Sequence record: MN850609.1
Length of the DNA: 64,000 nucleotides
Reading direction: 5' to 3' (one strand)
Source: Escherichia phage dhaeg
In this document: positions 61,370 to 64,000 of the stretch, one piece after another
How the letters are laid out: each line of letters begins with the position of its first letter
How positions within the stretch are numbered: the first letter of the stretch is position 1
The notes under the pieces: generated by a model
Seen by the model: the letters and a program-made list of their open reading frames with translations, nothing else
Databases searched by the model: none
What the model was told of the DNA's origin: nothing
Made by a program: the position numbers and the translations under genes

Positions 61370-61405
61370 TTTACAAACTCTTGGGACCAGAGTATAATGG
61401 TCCCA
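61369..61405 (+). promoter_or_regulatory. Early promoter with inverted repeat bracketing the -10
   Basis: GTTTAC-18-TATAAT. Inverted repeat GGGACCA/TGGTCCC. Confidence 0.55.
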
Positions 61406-61437
61406 CGGATTATAAATTTTAAACTGAGGAAATTATT

Positions 61438-61767
61438 ATGTCACAAGCTATTAAAAACGTACTGAACTCTTTCGCTTTCGATAAAGTTAACGAACTGATG
61501 AAAACCGGCTTTGTAACTCCTCAGGTTCTTGACCAATGGGTTGCTGAACTGTTACCAATCATGCACTCTAAAGACCAAAAAATTGGTAAGAACGGTATTC
61601 GTGAAATCCTGGTTCAATATATTCTCGACGAGTTTGATGTGGCCGCCTTTGGTGTCGAATCTAAAGCTTGGCAGCCGGGTGAAATCACAGACAAAACCAT
61701 CCGTCGTATGAAGAATCAACGTAAGAAAAAATTCGTTGACCTGAAAATTGTTAAGGCTGCTAAATGA
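61438..61767 (+). CDS. Hypothetical protein
   Basis: 109 aa with RBS GAGGAAATTATTATG. Early promoter upstream. Confidence 0.45.
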   Translation: MSQAIKNVLNSFAFDKVNELMKTGFVTPQVLDQWVAELLPIMHSKDQKIGKNGIREILVQYILDEFDVAAFGVESKAWQPGEITDKTIRRMKNQRKKKFVDLKIVKAAK

Positions 61768-62012
61768 GTAATTTGCCTGAAGATGTATCGGTTATAATAG
61801 TCCTTAAAGCTTTAGCCGGTTTCCAACGTACCCCTATGATGAATAATAGCGAAACTATTATAAAAGCGGCTAATATGTTAAGTGGAAGTCATCGCGATTT
61901 CAGGATATTTCCTATAAGCTCTAAGACCACTTATATGAAAATGCCCGATCCTAAAATAGCTTGGGACGAAGGCATGACATTAAATGAATTTGAGGATTAT
62001 TTAAATGATTAA
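61764..62012 (+). CDS. Hypothetical protein
   Basis: 82 aa, overlap-coupled. Confidence 0.4.
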   Translation: MSNLPEDVSVIIVLKALAGFQRTPMMNNSETIIKAANMLSGSHRDFRIFPISSKTTYMKMPDPKIAWDEGMTLNEFEDYLND

Positions 62013-62271
62013 AATAAAACTCTCTAATTACGATAAAAACTTGGAAATGATTGCTATGAAAGAAGAACTCCTGAATGATGTCCGCTTTACTGGTTATGCA
62101 GTTCAATTTAATAGTGATGGGGTTCTCCAGATTGAGGGTGACCACTTTATTATTGAATATGAATTTAAACAGTACTGGCTATACGCTAAAGATGAGGTCG
62201 GCGGTATTGATTACGTTGATGAGTTTGATAATCTTGATGATGCACTAGAAGGAGCCCGATTCCTACAATGA
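62005..62271 (+). CDS. Hypothetical protein
   Basis: 88 aa, overlap-coupled. Confidence 0.4.
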   Translation: MIKIKLSNYDKNLEMIAMKEELLNDVRFTGYAVQFNSDGVLQIEGDHFIIEYEFKQYWLYAKDEVGGIDYVDEFDNLDDALEGARFLQ

Positions 62272-62531
62272 CGCCTGTATCCATAACATTAGCTTATGAA
62301 GGCTTAGGATTTTTCTTAATAGATAACTATATGAATGTTGAGTTTATTTGCGGAGAGACTTCTGAAGTGTGGAAGTCTCATATTTCCAAATACAACCAAT
62401 CCGAATATTTAGTCCTTTACCAACAATTCTGCCTTTATATTCAAAGCCAAGGATTTGAAGGAGCCCCTTCCTTCGAAGAGTTCAAAAAAATTCTTGAAAC
62501 AGTATTTCAGGCTTATTGCTTACTCCGTTGA
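62268..62531 (+). CDS. Hypothetical protein
   Basis: 87 aa, overlap-coupled. Confidence 0.4.
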   Translation: MTPVSITLAYEGLGFFLIDNYMNVEFICGETSEVWKSHISKYNQSEYLVLYQQFCLYIQSQGFEGAPSFEEFKKILETVFQAYCLLR

Positions 62532-62580
62532 TGCTTTAAACGGGTCTTCAAATACTATGATATAATAGACCTATGATTTG
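62532..62580 (+). promoter_or_regulatory. Promoter upstream of gene 55 (MotA-box-like TGCTTTA plus -10)
   Basis: TGCTTTA ... TACTAT/TATAAT, then TAGACCTATGA. Confidence 0.35.
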
Positions 62581-62597
62581 AGTTATCTGAGGTAACA

Positions 62598-63155
62598 ATG
62601 ACCGAAATTAAACTGACTAAAAATAACTATGTAAATAATAAGGAGCTTCTGAAAGCCATTACCCAGTGGAAAACAGAGCTCCGAGAAAATACCGATCCTA
62701 ATAAAATAGTTCGTCAGAACGATGTTATCGGCTTGGCTATTATGCTCATTGCTGAAGGCCTTTCTAAGCGTTTCAACTTCTCCGGGTATACCCAATCTTG
62801 GAAGCAAGAAATGATTGCTGATGGAATCGAAGCTTCTATTAAAGGCCTTCACAACTTCGACGAAACAAAATACGACAACCCACATGCATATATCACTATG
62901 GCTTGTTTTAATGCCTTTGTTCAGCGTATCAAGAAAGAACGTAAAGAAATGGCAAAGAAATACAGCTACTTCGTCCATAACGTTTATGACGCTAATGACG
63001 ACGACATGGTAGGTATCGCAGATGAAACTTTTATCCAGGATATTTACGACAAAATGACTCAGTATGAAACCTCTTTAGTTAAAGCGCCAGGGTCTGATAA
63101 GAGCGCCGAATCTAAAGTTGGTGAGCTGGATTTTTTATATGGAACTCAAGATTAA
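62598..63155 (+). CDS. 55: Late-transcription sigma factor gp55
   Basis: 185 aa. ..[10 protein letters not shown]...WKTEL....[65 protein letters not shown] is near-identical to T4 gp55. Confidence 0.95.
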   Translation: MTEIKLTKNNYVNNKELLKAITQWKTELRENTDPNKIVRQNDVIGLAIMLIAEGLSKRFNFSGYTQSWKQEMIADGIEASIKGLHNFDETKYDNPHAYITMACFNAFVQRIKKERKEMAKKYSYFVHNVYDANDDDMVGIADETFIQDIYDKMTQYETSLVKAPGSDKSAESKVGELDFLYGTQD

Positions 63156-63366
63156 CCTGGTAGGCCTTTTAGAAGAAGTAGATGGAGAGTATTCGGCAAT
63201 TCCTTATGTTCTTAAAATGTATCTTAAGGATATTGCCAAGCTTCCTATTGTAATAGACCCAAAACACCCTGATTCGGTAGAAATTAAAGCTGAAAAAGGA
63301 ACATTAACTTATAACTATCACGTTACCGACGAAGATTTTTATATAAAACTGAATTACAAGGATTAA
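63118..63366 (+). CDS. Hypothetical protein
   Basis: 82 aa. Overlaps the gene 55 end. Confidence 0.35.
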   Translation: MVSWIFYMELKINLVGLLEEVDGEYSAIPYVLKMYLKDIAKLPIVIDPKHPDSVEIKAEKGTLTYNYHVTDEDFYIKLNYKD

Positions 63367-63367
63367 T

Positions 63368-63679
63368 ATGCAAAGCACCGACATTTCTCAATTGACCGAA
63401 GAGCAAATTGAAGAAGCCCAGAAGCGTTTAGAAGAGAATAATGCTAAAGAAGCCGCTTCTCAAGCTGCCAAAATTCTTAAAAAGAATGCCCGTGAAATTA
63501 AGCGTCTTAATACACATGCTCAGGGCGCTGTTCTCGAAAACAATTTCGAAGCTTACAAATATGCTATAATTAAATTACGTGGTATTTACCGTCAACCAAC
63601 TACTGACGAAATCGTTAGAGTTATGTGGGAAACTACGCGTAAACAGATTTGGGAAATTATCAATGGCGCTAGTAAATAA
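63368..63679 (+). CDS. Hypothetical helical protein
   Basis: 103 aa. Confidence 0.4.
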   Translation: MQSTDISQLTEEQIEEAQKRLEENNAKEAASQAAKILKKNAREIKRLNTHAQGAVLENNFEAYKYAIIKLRGIYRQPTTDEIVRVMWETTRKQIWEIINGASK

Positions 63680-64000
63680 ACCCTTTAAACGGCTTCTTAT
63701 TGGAGCCGCCTTCAGACTTCGCTCATACGGTAATATTTGTATTAAGCAGACTGAAACCGAATATAAAATGGTTGGGCAATATTCCGATGAAATTTTTCGG
63801 ATTGAGCCTGTAGCCAAGGTTTGGGTGGATTCTCATCAACTTAAGAAATGGTGGAAACGATGGTAGGATTTTATGAAAGCGGATGTAACGAAGACGAACA
63901 TCCGGATTTTTAAGCTTATGAATGACGAATACGAAAAAGTTTAAGAGGTCGTATGAATGACGAATTCGATGGATTTTGATAAGATTAAATCTGACAAAAA

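Noticed and set aside
30614-62580. Regularly recurring repeat of about 40 bp (GTTTAC...TACTATAGACCTATCAA) that could superficially resemble a CRISPR array or MITE family
   Set aside because: Spacing is irregular (0.3-3 kb), each copy sits directly upstream of an RBS and ORF, and the conserved parts are the -35 and -10 elements. These are promoters, not CRISPR repeats or transposable elements.
63579-63866. 95-aa ORF overlapping the 3' half of the 63368-63679 gene
   Set aside because: It is out of frame with the better-supported upstream gene. Only its distal part, from Met at about 63663 (MALVNKPF...), is a plausible separate small gene, so it is not listed as a feature.

Overview
This window is a contiguous piece of a T4-like (Tevenvirinae) myovirus genome, and the gene order is collinear with the T4 map. 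A minus-strand late structural block runs from 1 to 26966: the start of gene 22, then 21, 68, 67, 20, 19, 18, 17, 16, 15, 14, 13, wac, 12, 11, 10, 9, 8, 7, 6, 5.4 (PAAR), 5 and 53. Several genes in this block are preceded by T4-type late promoters (TATAAATA) and some by hairpin terminators. All remaining genes lie on the plus strand. They open with 4, 2, 3, 1, 57A and 57B; 57B is a 2H phosphoesterase, and T4 57B is the anti-CBASS protein Acb1. Next come internal-protein genes carrying capsid-targeting leaders, three tRNAs (CAU, GUU-Asn, UCU-Arg) and a structured small RNA. A long early/accessory region of many small ORFs follows. Its recognisable genes are nudE, e (lysozyme), denV, regB, a macro-domain protein, tk, rI, nrdC, 49 (endonuclease VII) and 55 (late sigma). 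Nearly every plus-strand early transcription unit starts with a σ70-type early promoter (GTTTAC, about 17 nt, TACTAT). Downstream of the -10 sits a strongly conserved extension, TAGACCTATCAA. Many copies also carry inverted repeats that bracket the -10 and sometimes the GGAG Shine-Dalgarno site, which resembles the promoter-early stem-loop (PeSL) cassettes described for RB49-type phages. The observations most worth following up are listed here. (1) Five tandem paralogous small genes all end in a conserved W-[VFY]-S-S-S-x-x-C tail and share a conserved DNA junction (35848-37093). (2) A Polβ-type nucleotidyltransferase sits directly upstream of an AAA+ ATPase (50713-53007). (3) Four consecutive proteins have unrelated N-termini but similar C-terminal coiled coils (53417-57091). 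(4) Three membrane-protein paralogues share a C-terminal FIKEC/FIEEC motif. (5) A macro-domain protein and a candidate 2OG-Fe(II) oxygenase are present. I see no CRISPR array, integrase, transposase or homing endonuclease.
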